A stretch of DNA of 64,000 bases from the NCBI GenBank assembly GCA_963662545.2, contig CAXXLL010000002.1, forward strand, positions 1,792,001 through 1,856,000, read 5' to 3'. A model generated the notes under the pieces. That model was not told where the DNA came from. It saw only the letters and a program-made list of their open reading frames with translations, and did no database searches. Positions 1 to 8,410 of this stretch are shown piece after piece. The stretch comes from Gammaproteobacteria bacterium (lineage in GTDB: Bacteria; Pseudomonadota; Gammaproteobacteria; Ga0077536). A program made the translations under genes and the position numbers. Every line of letters starts with the position of its first letter. Position 1 is the stretch's first letter.

Positions 1-1
1 T

Positions 2-238
2 GCCCTGGCGTATCTCAAGACCGGCGTGTCCCGCATCGTGCGTATTGCCGACGACGATATCCTCGCCGCCGTCCGCATCCTGTTCGAGGATACGCATAAC
101 CTTGCCGAAGCGGCGGGTGCGGCACCGCTGGCGGCATTGTTGCTTGAACGCGATGCGATGCGCGGCAAGCGAGTTGGCATCATCCTTTCCGGCGGAAATA
201 TCGACCGGGCGACATTCGTCAAGGCACTGTCACACTGA
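2..238 (+). CDS. PLP-dependent threonine/serine dehydratase family protein, C-terminal part (5' end outside window)
   Basis: Frame open from window start; C-terminal fold-type II motifs 'LAEAAGAAPLAALL' and 'GIILSGGNID'. Confidence 0.8.
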   Translation, partial: ALAYLKTGVSRIVRIADDDILAAVRILFEDTHNLAEAAGAAPLAALLLERDAMRGKRVGIILSGGNIDRATFVKALSH

Positions 239-252
239 CAGGGGGAGGGCGC

Positions 253-750
253 GTGAAACTGGAAGGCTCATGTTGTTGCGGGAAAGTGCGTTTTTCGCTG
301 CGATCCGACCACCCTTATCCGTTCAATCTGTGCTACTGCTCGATCTGCCGCAAGACGGCGGGCAGCGGTGGATACGGTATCAATCTCGGTGGCGCGGCGG
401 ATAGCCTCGAAGTGCGCGGGGAAGAGCACATCAAGATGTTTCAGGCATTGATCCGTGATCAGGCCACCGGCAAATCCGAACGAAGTCCCCTTGAACGCCG
501 TTTTTGCGGGGCCTGCGGTACGCCGCTGTGGGCGTGGGATCCGCGCTGGCCCGAATTGATCCACCCGTTCGCCTCCGCGATCGATAGCGAGCTTCCAATC
601 CCGCCCGAGCGGACCCATCTCATGGCGGGATCAAAAGCGCCGTGGGTAGAGATCTTCGCGGGGCCGAAAGACCAGCATTTCGATGATTACCCCGAAGAAT
701 CGATCGCGGCATGGCACGAACGTCTGGGGCTGGAACGGTCCGGCGATTGA
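253..750 (+). CDS. GFA/CENP-V family zinc protein (glutathione-dependent formaldehyde-activating / C-S lyase-like)
   Basis: GSCxCG, CxCxxCRK and RxFCxxCGT motifs; GGAGG RBS before GTG. Confidence 0.85.
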   Translation: MKLEGSCCCGKVRFSLRSDHPYPFNLCYCSICRKTAGSGGYGINLGGAADSLEVRGEEHIKMFQALIRDQATGKSERSPLERRFCGACGTPLWAWDPRWPELIHPFASAIDSELPIPPERTHLMAGSKAPWVEIFAGPKDQHFDDYPEESIAAWHERLGLERSGD

Positions 751-848
751 TTTCGGGGCAAGCTGCTAGTGACGGTTCGACAAGGTGTTTACGACGCCTG
801 GCGCCTACGTGGCGATGAAGATCGGTCCCATTCGAGGATTTTCTTAAT

Positions 849-1076
849 TCATTTGGCCCGTCTGATTAGAAACCGGTAGACGTCGCCCTCTTGCGAGGAC
901 TCGACCAATTCGTGCCCCGTAGCTCGGCAGAATGCTTGAAAGTCCGCGTCGGCCGCCGGATCGGTCGCGAGGATTTCAATAGTTCCCCCGACGGGTACGT
1001 CTTTCATCGATCGCTTGGTCTTGAGGATCGGTAAGGGACAGTTGAGACCCTTGGTATCGAGTAGAAGATCAGCCAT
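849..1076 (-). CDS. tusA: TusA family sulfur carrier protein
   Basis: 75 aa, 'LDTKGLNCPLP' CPxP motif, 'LATDP'; divergent from the lip/shdr genes. Confidence 0.92.
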   Translation of the reverse strand: MADLLLDTKGLNCPLPILKTKRSMKDVPVGGTIEILATDPAADADFQAFCRATGHELVESSQEGDVYRFLIRRAK

Positions 1077-1194
1077 GGTCGAAACGAGCTTGCGCGAATG
1101 TGTTTCGGAACATGCAGCGTATCAAAAAATGACCCGGCGCTGTCCTCCCCTCGAACTCGGTTAGCACCGATGGGGCGGCAGTACCCGTGCTAGC

Positions 1195-1214
1195 ATGGTT
1201 TGCATGCGAACCAT
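1195..1214. promoter_or_regulatory. Imperfect 20-bp palindrome in the tusA/lipS1 divergent intergenic region (possible operator)
   Basis: ATGGTTTGCATGCGAACCAT is almost its own reverse complement. Confidence 0.35.
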
Positions 1215-1253
1215 AGGGCGGCCTAGGCTGCGAAAGTGGGAAGTACGAGCCGG

Positions 1254-2288
1254 ATGAGTTGGCTGGAACGCATCAGTTCGATCGAGGAACTCGAAGACGC
1301 TCAATTTGACGCGGGCCTGGTCGCGCGTATGGAGGCGAATTCGAGTCTTACTGCTGGACGTCCGCTACGGTTTTCGACGCCGACCTTCAAAGCCTACGAA
1401 TCGAACGACTTGAAGGGGTGCTCGCGCATGAGCTTCCCGGCTTTTTCGGTCACCGGAGGCGCCTGCGCCCTCGACTGCGATCACTGTCAGGCAAAGATCC
1501 TGGAACCGATGATCCCGGCGATGAGTCCGGAGGAACTGGATCGTAAGGTACGTTCGCTCATCGTGTCGCAAGGCCTCCAAGGGTTTCTGCTTTCAGGCGG
1601 CTCCAATCGCCGGAACGAGATCAAATACGAGCGCTTCTTGCCTGTGCTCGAACGACTCAAACGCGATTTTCCGGAGCTGAGGATCGCGATGCATACCGCG
1701 CTGCTCGACGAGACCCGCGCGCAATTAATGGCGTCGGCGGGCGTGGATACCGCGATGCTCGATATCATCGGCCACGAGGACACTGTTCGCGAGGTCTATC
1801 ATCTCGATCGACCGGTCGATGATTTCGAAAGCTCGCTCGCGGCGCTCTGCGCGACGGACATGGAAGTCGTTCCGCACATCGTCATCGGCTTGCATTACGG
1901 ACGGGTTCTCGGCGAAGCGAACGCGCTCGACATCATCGCGCGCCACCGGGTTCATGCGCTGGTTCTGGTCGTGATCATGCCGTTCTATGCGAGGCCCGGC
2001 ACGTTTGTAACGCCTGCGCCGGCGGCAGTCGGCAAGATTTTTTTAGAGGCGCGCCAGCGTATCGGCGAGGGCGAAGTGCTCCTGGGTTGCGCGCGGCCGG
2101 CCGGCATGCACAAACGCGTCACCGACGCTTATGCCGTGATGGCCGGGCTCGACGGCATCGCCTTTCCCGCGGATGGTACGGTCGGCGTGGCGCACGCCAT
2201 AGGCCGGCGGTTCGAGCAAGAGCACGCGTGTTGTTCCCTGAAGCTTGGCCGTCGCAACAGCAGGCCCGCCGCCCACTGCGCCGCATGA
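1254..2288 (+). CDS. lipS1: Radical SAM lipoyl synthase subunit LipS1
   Basis: CxxxCxxC (CALDCDHC), 'LGCARP' and C-terminal 'ACCS'; first gene of lipS1-lipT-lipS2-slpl(AB)-lipX. ATG 1254 chosen (GTG 1236 possible). Confidence 0.85.
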   Translation: MSWLERISSIEELEDAQFDAGLVARMEANSSLTAGRPLRFSTPTFKAYESNDLKGCSRMSFPAFSVTGGACALDCDHCQAKILEPMIPAMSPEELDRKVRSLIVSQGLQGFLLSGGSNRRNEIKYERFLPVLERLKRDFPELRIAMHTALLDETRAQLMASAGVDTAMLDIIGHEDTVREVYHLDRPVDDFESSLAALCATDMEVVPHIVIGLHYGRVLGEANALDIIARHRVHALVLVVIMPFYARPGTFVTPAPAAVGKIFLEARQRIGEGEVLLGCARPAGMHKRVTDAYAVMAGLDGIAFPADGTVGVAHAIGRRFEQEHACCSLKLGRRNSRPAAHCAA

Positions 2289-3397
2289 TCGACCGGATCA
2301 AAACCGATGTGTTGGTCCTCGGGCTGGGGCCGGCGGGCGCGAGCGCAGCCGCGCGCGCGAGTGAACTCGAATTAGACGTCATCGCATTGGACCGCAAGTT
2401 CGCGCCAGGGGTGCCGGTGCAATGCGCGGAGCTGGTGCCGGCCCTGATCGGGCAGGCCGTCGACCTCGAATCTACGGCGCTGCGTCAGACCATCAGCCGC
2501 ATGGTGACTTATGTCGAAGACGACGATCCCGATACCCAGGACCGGTTTCCCGGACACATGCTCGATCGCGCTGCATTCGATCGCCTTCGCGTCGAGGCCG
2601 CGATCGCGGCAGGCGCGGATTGCCGCAACGGTGTCGCGGTGTCCCGCGTTGCACCCGACGGTGTAGTGACGACGCGACAGGGTGCGGTCATCCACGCCCG
2701 GGTCATCATCGGCGCAGACGGGCCGCGATCCAGGGCCGGACGGGCGATCGGGCAGGTCAACACCGAGCAGATTTATGCACGGCAGGCACGGGTGACTTTG
2801 AAACACCCACACGATGCGACGGATATCTTTTTGTCCGCGCGCATTCCCGGTGGATATGGGTGGTTGTTCCCCAGTGGGGACCTGGCCAATGTGGGCGTCG
2901 GCGTGGAAGCCGGCAGCCGGCACCGTTTAAAGGATCTGCTGCGGGCCCTGTGTTCGCGCCTCGCTGACGAAGGGCGCATCGTCGAACGAGTCATGGTCGA
3001 AACCGGCGGCGCCATCCCTGCAGGCGGTATGTTGGAACCCTACGGGTGGCTGGGCGAGCGCCTGGTGCTGCTGGCCGGCGATGCCGCCGGCCTTACCAAT
3101 CCCGTCACGGGCGCGGGCATCCACGCCGCTCTCGTCTCCGGCACACTGGCGGGCGAGTGCGCGGCGGCATGGATCACCGGTGCGCACGATGCGCCGGGCG
3201 AGTATGAGGACGAATTGCGTGACATCTTCGGCCGATCGCTAGCACGCGCACTAGCCAGACGCCGGGACATGCTGAAGTGCTTCAAGCGCGAAACCCCGCC
3301 GTCCCGACAGGTCCTGCGCAACGGGTGGATCGCTTACCCTGGCTACTGGCGGGATCACCAGGCACTGGCAACCGCCACCCCGGAGTCCCATCGATGA
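2285..3397 (+). CDS. lipT: FAD-dependent oxidoreductase, geranylgeranyl reductase family (LipT)
   Basis: GLGPAG Rossmann motif, 'IIGADG', 'GYGWLFP', 'AGDAAGLTNPVTGAGI'; ATGA overlap with lipS1 stop places the start at 2285. Confidence 0.85.
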   Translation: MIDRIKTDVLVLGLGPAGASAAARASELELDVIALDRKFAPGVPVQCAELVPALIGQAVDLESTALRQTISRMVTYVEDDDPDTQDRFPGHMLDRAAFDRLRVEAAIAAGADCRNGVAVSRVAPDGVVTTRQGAVIHARVIIGADGPRSRAGRAIGQVNTEQIYARQARVTLKHPHDATDIFLSARIPGGYGWLFPSGDLANVGVGVEAGSRHRLKDLLRALCSRLADEGRIVERVMVETGGAIPAGGMLEPYGWLGERLVLLAGDAAGLTNPVTGAGIHAALVSGTLAGECAAAWITGAHDAPGEYEDELRDIFGRSLARALARRRDMLKCFKRETPPSRQVLRNGWIAYPGYWRDHQALATATPESHR

Positions 3398-4692
3398 GCT
3401 GTTTCGATCGCGAAGCGATACAAGCGCGCTACGCGGAGCAGGGAGTCCCCCTTGCCGCCGCGCAAGTCGAGATGCGGCCGCGCGCGCCGACGCCGACGCC
3501 GCGCGCGCTCAAGAACGGCCGGCGAGTCAAATCCGCCAACCGTCCGCCCGCAGGCATTTATCTGCCGAACAACAACGTGCTGACGCCGCACATGCGCTCG
3601 CCCGACTACGTCCAGATGTCGACCGCCGCGGCTATCACGCTTGGGATCATGAAGGGCCACATGTACGGCTGTTCGTGTACGCGCTGCCTCAATCTCCTGT
3701 TGACCTATCCGGAAGGTTGCCGGGCGAACTGCGCCTATTGCGGTCTGGCCCGTCATCGCGAGGCCGAACGTGATTACGCAGACCGGAACTTCATCCGCGT
3801 CGACTGGCCGGCCGTGCCGATCGAGCGGGTCGTCGACATCGTGGCGAAAGATGGCGCCGCGAGCCCCTTTCATCGCATGTGCATCTCCATGATCACCCAC
3901 CCGAACTCCGACGCCGACACCGTGACAGTAATGCAGCGATGGGCCGAGCGCATCGATCCGGACGCGATCGCAGTTTCAATCCTGTCGAACCCGACGACGA
4001 TGCGCCGCGCGGACGTCGCCCGGCTGAAGGATCTGGGCGCCGATATTTTCACCGTCGCGATCGACGCCGCGACGCCCGAGATCTTCGAGCGGACGCGCGG
4101 CAAGGGCGTGCAGTCGCCGCATCGTTGGGCGAAATACTGGGAAATCTTGCTCGACGCGCGCGACATCTTCGGTTCCAACAAATTCGGCGCGCATATCATC
4201 ATTGGCATGGGCGAGACCGAACGCGACGCACTCGAGTTGGTCCAGCGGATCATCGACCTCGGCGGGCACAGTCATCTCTTCTGTTTTTTTCCGGAACGCG
4301 GAACCTTGATGGACCATTTGCCAGCCACGCCGCGAGATCAGTGGCGCCGCGTTCAGCTCGCGCGTTACCTGATCGATTATCGCGATATACGCGTCGAGCA
4401 CATGCGCTTCGACGGCGGCGGCCGCGTGATTGATTTCGGCCTCGCGCCGAACGAACTCGACCCGATCATCGACGCGGGCATCGCGTTTCGCACTTCGGGG
4501 TGTCCGGGTAAATTTGCCGATGACATTTCCGCCTGCGATCGACCTTACGGCGACTCGCCGCCCAGCAATATAGCGAGTTATCCGTTCGCGCCGGCCGCCG
4601 TCGACCTGAAAAAAATTCGTCACCAATTGCGCAAGCTCAAGCCCGGGCAGACCTACGTCGACGGCGAGGAATTCGCGCACCTCGACGACTGA
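3394..4692 (+). CDS. lipS2: Radical SAM lipoyl synthase subunit LipS2
   Basis: CRANCAYC motif, 'FRTSGCPG' and 'ACDRPY'; ATGA overlap with lipT stop. Confidence 0.85.
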   Translation: MSCFDREAIQARYAEQGVPLAAAQVEMRPRAPTPTPRALKNGRRVKSANRPPAGIYLPNNNVLTPHMRSPDYVQMSTAAAITLGIMKGHMYGCSCTRCLNLLLTYPEGCRANCAYCGLARHREAERDYADRNFIRVDWPAVPIERVVDIVAKDGAASPFHRMCISMITHPNSDADTVTVMQRWAERIDPDAIAVSILSNPTTMRRADVARLKDLGADIFTVAIDAATPEIFERTRGKGVQSPHRWAKYWEILLDARDIFGSNKFGAHIIIGMGETERDALELVQRIIDLGGHSHLFCFFPERGTLMDHLPATPRDQWRRVQLARYLIDYRDIRVEHMRFDGGGRVIDFGLAPNELDPIIDAGIAFRTSGCPGKFADDISACDRPYGDSPPSNIASYPFAPAAVDLKKIRHQLRKLKPGQTYVDGEEFAHLDD

Positions 4693-4694
4693 GC

Positions 4695-5780
4695 ATGCGG
4701 TCTAAGACCTTCCGCGTCATCGACACCGGCGTTCGCAGCGGACGCTTCAATATTGCCATCGACCAGGCGCTTATCGAGGCACATAAAGACCGCCAGATCG
4801 GCGACACCATCCGCTTTCTTCGTTTTCTGCCGAGCGCCTTGATTGGCCGTCACCAAGTACTCTCGAGCGAAGTCGACTGCGACTTCTGCGCGCGCAGGGG
4901 TATCGAAGTCGGCCGGCGCATCACCGGCGGCGGCGCCATTTACTTAGACGAGAACCAGCTTGGTTGGGAACTCGTGCTCGACCGGTCCACGCTCGGCATC
5001 TCGTCGCTGGCCGCTCTCACGCGAGAAATCTGTGAGGCAGCGGCCGACGGCCTCGGTCGCCTTGGTGTTCAGGCAGCCTTTCGTCCGCGCAACGACATCG
5101 AGGTCGGCGGTCGCAAGCTGGGCGGTACCGGCGGGTTTTTCGACGGTTCGACGATCTTTTTTCAAGGGACTGTTCTGATCGACATCGATCCCAATGTCAT
5201 GTTCTCGGCACTAAAGGTGCCCTACGCCAAGCATGCCAAGCACGGCAAGGCCTCGCCCGCCGCACGCATCGTGAGCTTGCGCGAGCTACTCGGCGACGCA
5301 AGGCCTGGGGTCGAGGCGCTCAAAGAGGCCCTGGTCGAGGGATTCGTTGCACGACTCGGGATCGCGGCCCGAGTAGGCGAGTTGACCGACGACGAAATCG
5401 CGCTCTCGGAGCGCATCCACCGGGAGGAAGTGGGAACGGATGCCTTCGTGCGGGAGATCGACGATCCGCTCGCGGACGATGGCGTCGCGACTGCGTTGCG
5501 GGAAACCGCCGGAGGGACCGTGGTGGTTTTCGTGAAGTCGTCCGGCGGCAACGAACCGCGCATTCGGTCGGTCCTTTTCACCGGCGATTTTTTCGTCACA
5601 CCGCCGCGGGTCATGCTCGACCTTGAAGCACATTTGAAAGATAAGCGACTCCTCGACGTGGAGGCGACGGTGGATGCGTTTTTCTCGAACGCGCAAATCG
5701 ACACCATGTCGACGACGCCCGCCGAGTTCGCGGCTGTCATTCGGGCGGCGGCGAACACGCGTATTCCCGCAGGCGTTTGA
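4695..5780 (+). CDS. slpl(AB): Lipoate:protein ligase sLpl(AB)
   Basis: 'RRITGGGAIY', 'RNDIEVGGRKLGG' (catalytic Lys) and C-terminal 'FTGDFF' accessory domain; synteny with lipS1/lipS2. Confidence 0.88.
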   Translation: MRSKTFRVIDTGVRSGRFNIAIDQALIEAHKDRQIGDTIRFLRFLPSALIGRHQVLSSEVDCDFCARRGIEVGRRITGGGAIYLDENQLGWELVLDRSTLGISSLAALTREICEAAADGLGRLGVQAAFRPRNDIEVGGRKLGGTGGFFDGSTIFFQGTVLIDIDPNVMFSALKVPYAKHAKHGKASPAARIVSLRELLGDARPGVEALKEALVEGFVARLGIAARVGELTDDEIALSERIHREEVGTDAFVREIDDPLADDGVATALRETAGGTVVVFVKSSGGNEPRIRSVLFTGDFFVTPPRVMLDLEAHLKDKRLLDVEATVDAFFSNAQIDTMSTTPAEFAAVIRAAANTRIPAGV

Positions 5781-5811
5781 TCCGTTCACGCGAACGCGGC
5801 CGCACAAAACC

Positions 5812-6555
5812 GTGGATTACTTTTCCAGTCTTGCCGTCGTTCAGCACACTTCGGCGGAGTACTTGGGGCTGATGGAAGATCATTTCGAGGCGCGCAAGAT
5901 CCGCTTTTCCTACTTTCGGCCATTCACGGAGCGGGGATCCGTTCCGCGATTGAATGCCGTCGGTGACGGACTGATCCTACTCGGCGGCGGGCCCTGGGGA
6001 TCCGCCGGGCCGCGCAACGTGCCGACCCTGATCAAGGAGGTCGAATTGACTCACGCCTGCCTGAGTGAAGGCCTGCCCGTCATCGGCATCGGTCTGGGGG
6101 CTCAGATCCTCGCGCTTGCAGCGGGAGGAAAGACCTTCGCTTCGCCACTGTCGTTCGCGGTGGGCGATGCTTCGCGCGTCGTCGACGATGCGCTGGACGG
6201 TTATCTGCCGGCGCGCTATCCGAATATCGTCTACATGCGCGACCGCTTCGAACCACCGCCCGATGCCCGCGTCCTCGCGGTTGACGCCGCCGGCGCGCCG
6301 GCCCTGTTCCAACTCGGTCTGACGGCGTTCGGCTTCAGCGGGCACCCGGGATTCAAAGTCGCGATGGCTGAAGACCTGATCATGGAATTCGAAGAGGGCG
6401 TCGAAGATCCCGGATCGATCTTAAGCGAGGCGCGCGCGGCTAAGCGCGAGATCGAGGATGCCCTGGTCCCGATCATGACGGGCCTCATACAGCAGACCGG
6501 ATTGATGGAACCCCGCGGGAACGTCCCCTCGGACACCCGAAATGACACAAATTAA
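5812..6555 (+). CDS. lipX: Class I glutamine amidotransferase-like protein (LipX)
   Basis: 'VVQH', 'GLILLGGGP', 'PVIGIGLGAQILALAAGG'; follows slpl(AB). Nucleophile Cys absent. GTG start at 5812 inferred. Confidence 0.75.
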   Translation: MDYFSSLAVVQHTSAEYLGLMEDHFEARKIRFSYFRPFTERGSVPRLNAVGDGLILLGGGPWGSAGPRNVPTLIKEVELTHACLSEGLPVIGIGLGAQILALAAGGKTFASPLSFAVGDASRVVDDALDGYLPARYPNIVYMRDRFEPPPDARVLAVDAAGAPALFQLGLTAFGFSGHPGFKVAMAEDLIMEFEEGVEDPGSILSEARAAKREIEDALVPIMTGLIQQTGLMEPRGNVPSDTRNDTN

Positions 6556-6609
6556 ACCCATCATAAGCCGCAGCGCATGGCCGCCGGCAAAAGGCGAAAG
6601 AAGAATCAA

Positions 6610-7080
6610 ATGATCCACGGTATCAATCACGTAGCGATTTCCACCGGCGATATCGAGGTCGCAGTCGCAGTCGCCTTCTACTGCGACCTGCTGGGGTTCG
6701 AAGAGGTGTTTAGCTTGAATTGGCAGATCGGCGACTAAGTGCTCGACAATATCACCGGGCTTAAAGATTCGTCAGCACGCATCGTCATGCTCAAATCGGG
6801 CAATGCTTGCGTGGAATTGTTCGAATACCAGACGCCGTCGCCGAAACCCGGGGAAGCCGGTCGCCCGGTGTGCGACCACGGTATTACGCATATTTGCCTG
6901 CAGGTAAGCGCGATTGACGAGGAATACGCTCGACTGAAGGCAGCTGGAATGGCTTTTCACTGCCCGCCGCAACAAGTCGGATCCGATATTCGGGCAACCT
7001 ACGGGCGGGATCCGGACGGCAACGTGGTCGAGTTGCTGGAGGTGCCACCGGACAGCGCATTATCAGTCATTGCGGCGTAG
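6610..7080 (+). pseudogene. VOC/glyoxalase family protein interrupted by in-frame TAA at 6736-6738
   Basis: ATG 6610 gives MIHGINHVAISTGDIEVAVAVAFYCDLLGF...GD*, continuing in the same frame with VLDNITG...VELFEY...GITHICL...RDPDGNVVELLE. Confidence 0.8.
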
Positions 7081-7123
7081 CCGCTCGTTGGACCCTGGTT
7101 TTCTTATTCTAATTGGATATATG

Positions 7124-7144
7124 TATATAACCTTGAATTATATA
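7124..7144. promoter_or_regulatory. AT-rich inverted repeat upstream of dsrE3-shdr operon (candidate ArsR-type operator)
   Basis: TATATAA-N7-TTATATA in an AT-rich patch; direct repeat TCTTAAAG at 7172-7179 and 7181-7188; AGGAGG RBS at 7208-7213. Confidence 0.55.
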
Positions 7145-7220
7145 GACGATGTGACGATACTTGGCGTAGTCTCTTAAAGGTCTTAAAGCAACGGCGTTAC
7201 GCACAACAGGAGGCCGCTGG

Positions 7221-7598
7221 ATGGCCGACAAGCTCGTGGTTGTGATGGCAAACACCGATCCCCGTAATGGTGAGGAACTCGGCGCCCCGATCTTTCAGGC
7301 CAGCGTCGCTGCTGCCATGGATTACGAGGTCGAGGTTATATGTACCGCGACCTCGGGACGATTGATGAAAAAGGGTGTGGCGGAGACCCTGTATGTTAAG
7401 AAAGGCTCGACTAAATCGGTCTACGAGTTCATCAAGGATGCCCATGAAGCGGGCGTCAAGTTTTATTGCTGTTCGCCGAACCTCGATCTGTTCGATATGA
7501 CCGAAGCCGATCTGATCCCCGAATGCGACGGTATCGTCGGCGGCGCCCACCTCATCGAAGCCGTCATGGAAGACGACTGCAAGGTTCTGAGTTACTAG
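7221..7598 (+). CDS. dsrE3: DsrE3-type sulfurtransferase (DsrE3C-like)
   Basis: DsrE pattern 'APIFQASVAAAMDYEV', 'AGVKFYCCS'; immediately upstream of shdrC1. Confidence 0.85.
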   Translation: MADKLVVVMANTDPRNGEELGAPIFQASVAAAMDYEVEVICTATSGRLMKKGVAETLYVKKGSTKSVYEFIKDAHEAGVKFYCCSPNLDLFDMTEADLIPECDGIVGGAHLIEAVMEDDCKVLSY

Positions 7599-7613
7599 GC
7601 GTATCCATTAGTC

Positions 7614-8369
7614 ATGTTGCAGACCACTCGAGTACAGGAATTCATCGGCGACCCGGTGTCGGATTCGCCTGAGGTCCCACAGGAAAAACTGGAGGAAATC
7701 TTCCACGATATCCAGTCCAGCCTGCGTTACGACCACGAATTGAAAGGTTGCCTCAACTGCGGGATCTGCACCGCAACCTGCCCGTCGGCGCATTATTACG
7801 ATTTCAGTCCGCGCGAGATCGTCCAGCTCCTGTGGACGGAGAATCTCGAAGGCATCTACGACGCCATGCAGGAGAAGATCTGGGCCTGCGCCCAGTGCTA
7901 TACCTGCGCCGCGCGTTGCCCGTTCAATAATTCGCCGGGCGGGCTGATCATGCTGATGCGCGAAACCGCGATCAAGCACGGCATGGAATCGGCCAAGAAC
8001 GTACTGCGGCCGTTCAGCCGGGTCATGTTGAAATTGATTTCCACCGGCAACCAGTTGTCGCCCGACATGATCACCCCCGATCATTTCGCCGACTGGGGGC
8101 CGAATATTTCCAAAGTGGAAGCGCCGCTCAAGCTGCTGCGCAAGGCTATCCCCCTGCCAACCCTGAACACGACAGCGACCTCTTGGGAAGTGAATCTCAA
8201 GACATCGATCGAGCTCTATATCATCTGGGAGATGACCGGGGTCCTCGACCAGCTCGAGGGCATCGACGAGAACTTGTTTGACGTGATCACCGACATCATG
8301 GACGAAAAGCGGGAAGACTGGGATGAATGGCAGGAGGAACGGCAAGATGAAGACGACGAGGACGATTGA
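7614..8369 (+). CDS. shdrC1: Heterodisulfide reductase-like subunit sHdrC1 (2x[4Fe-4S])
   Basis: CLNCGICTATCP and CAQCYTCAARCP; acidic tail. Start uncertain (GTG 7656 possible). Confidence 0.9.
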   Translation: MLQTTRVQEFIGDPVSDSPEVPQEKLEEIFHDIQSSLRYDHELKGCLNCGICTATCPSAHYYDFSPREIVQLLWTENLEGIYDAMQEKIWACAQCYTCAARCPFNNSPGGLIMLMRETAIKHGMESAKNVLRPFSRVMLKLISTGNQLSPDMITPDHFADWGPNISKVEAPLKLLRKAIPLPTLNTTATSWEVNLKTSIELYIIWEMTGVLDQLEGIDENLFDVITDIMDEKREDWDEWQEERQDEDDEDD

Positions 8370-8410
8370 GACTCCATCGTAGTTGCAACCAGGAAAGTGA
8401 GGAAGAAGCT

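Noticed and set aside
6736-6738. Selenocysteine or pyrrolysine readthrough in the VOC gene
   Set aside because: The stop is TAA, not TGA or TAG.
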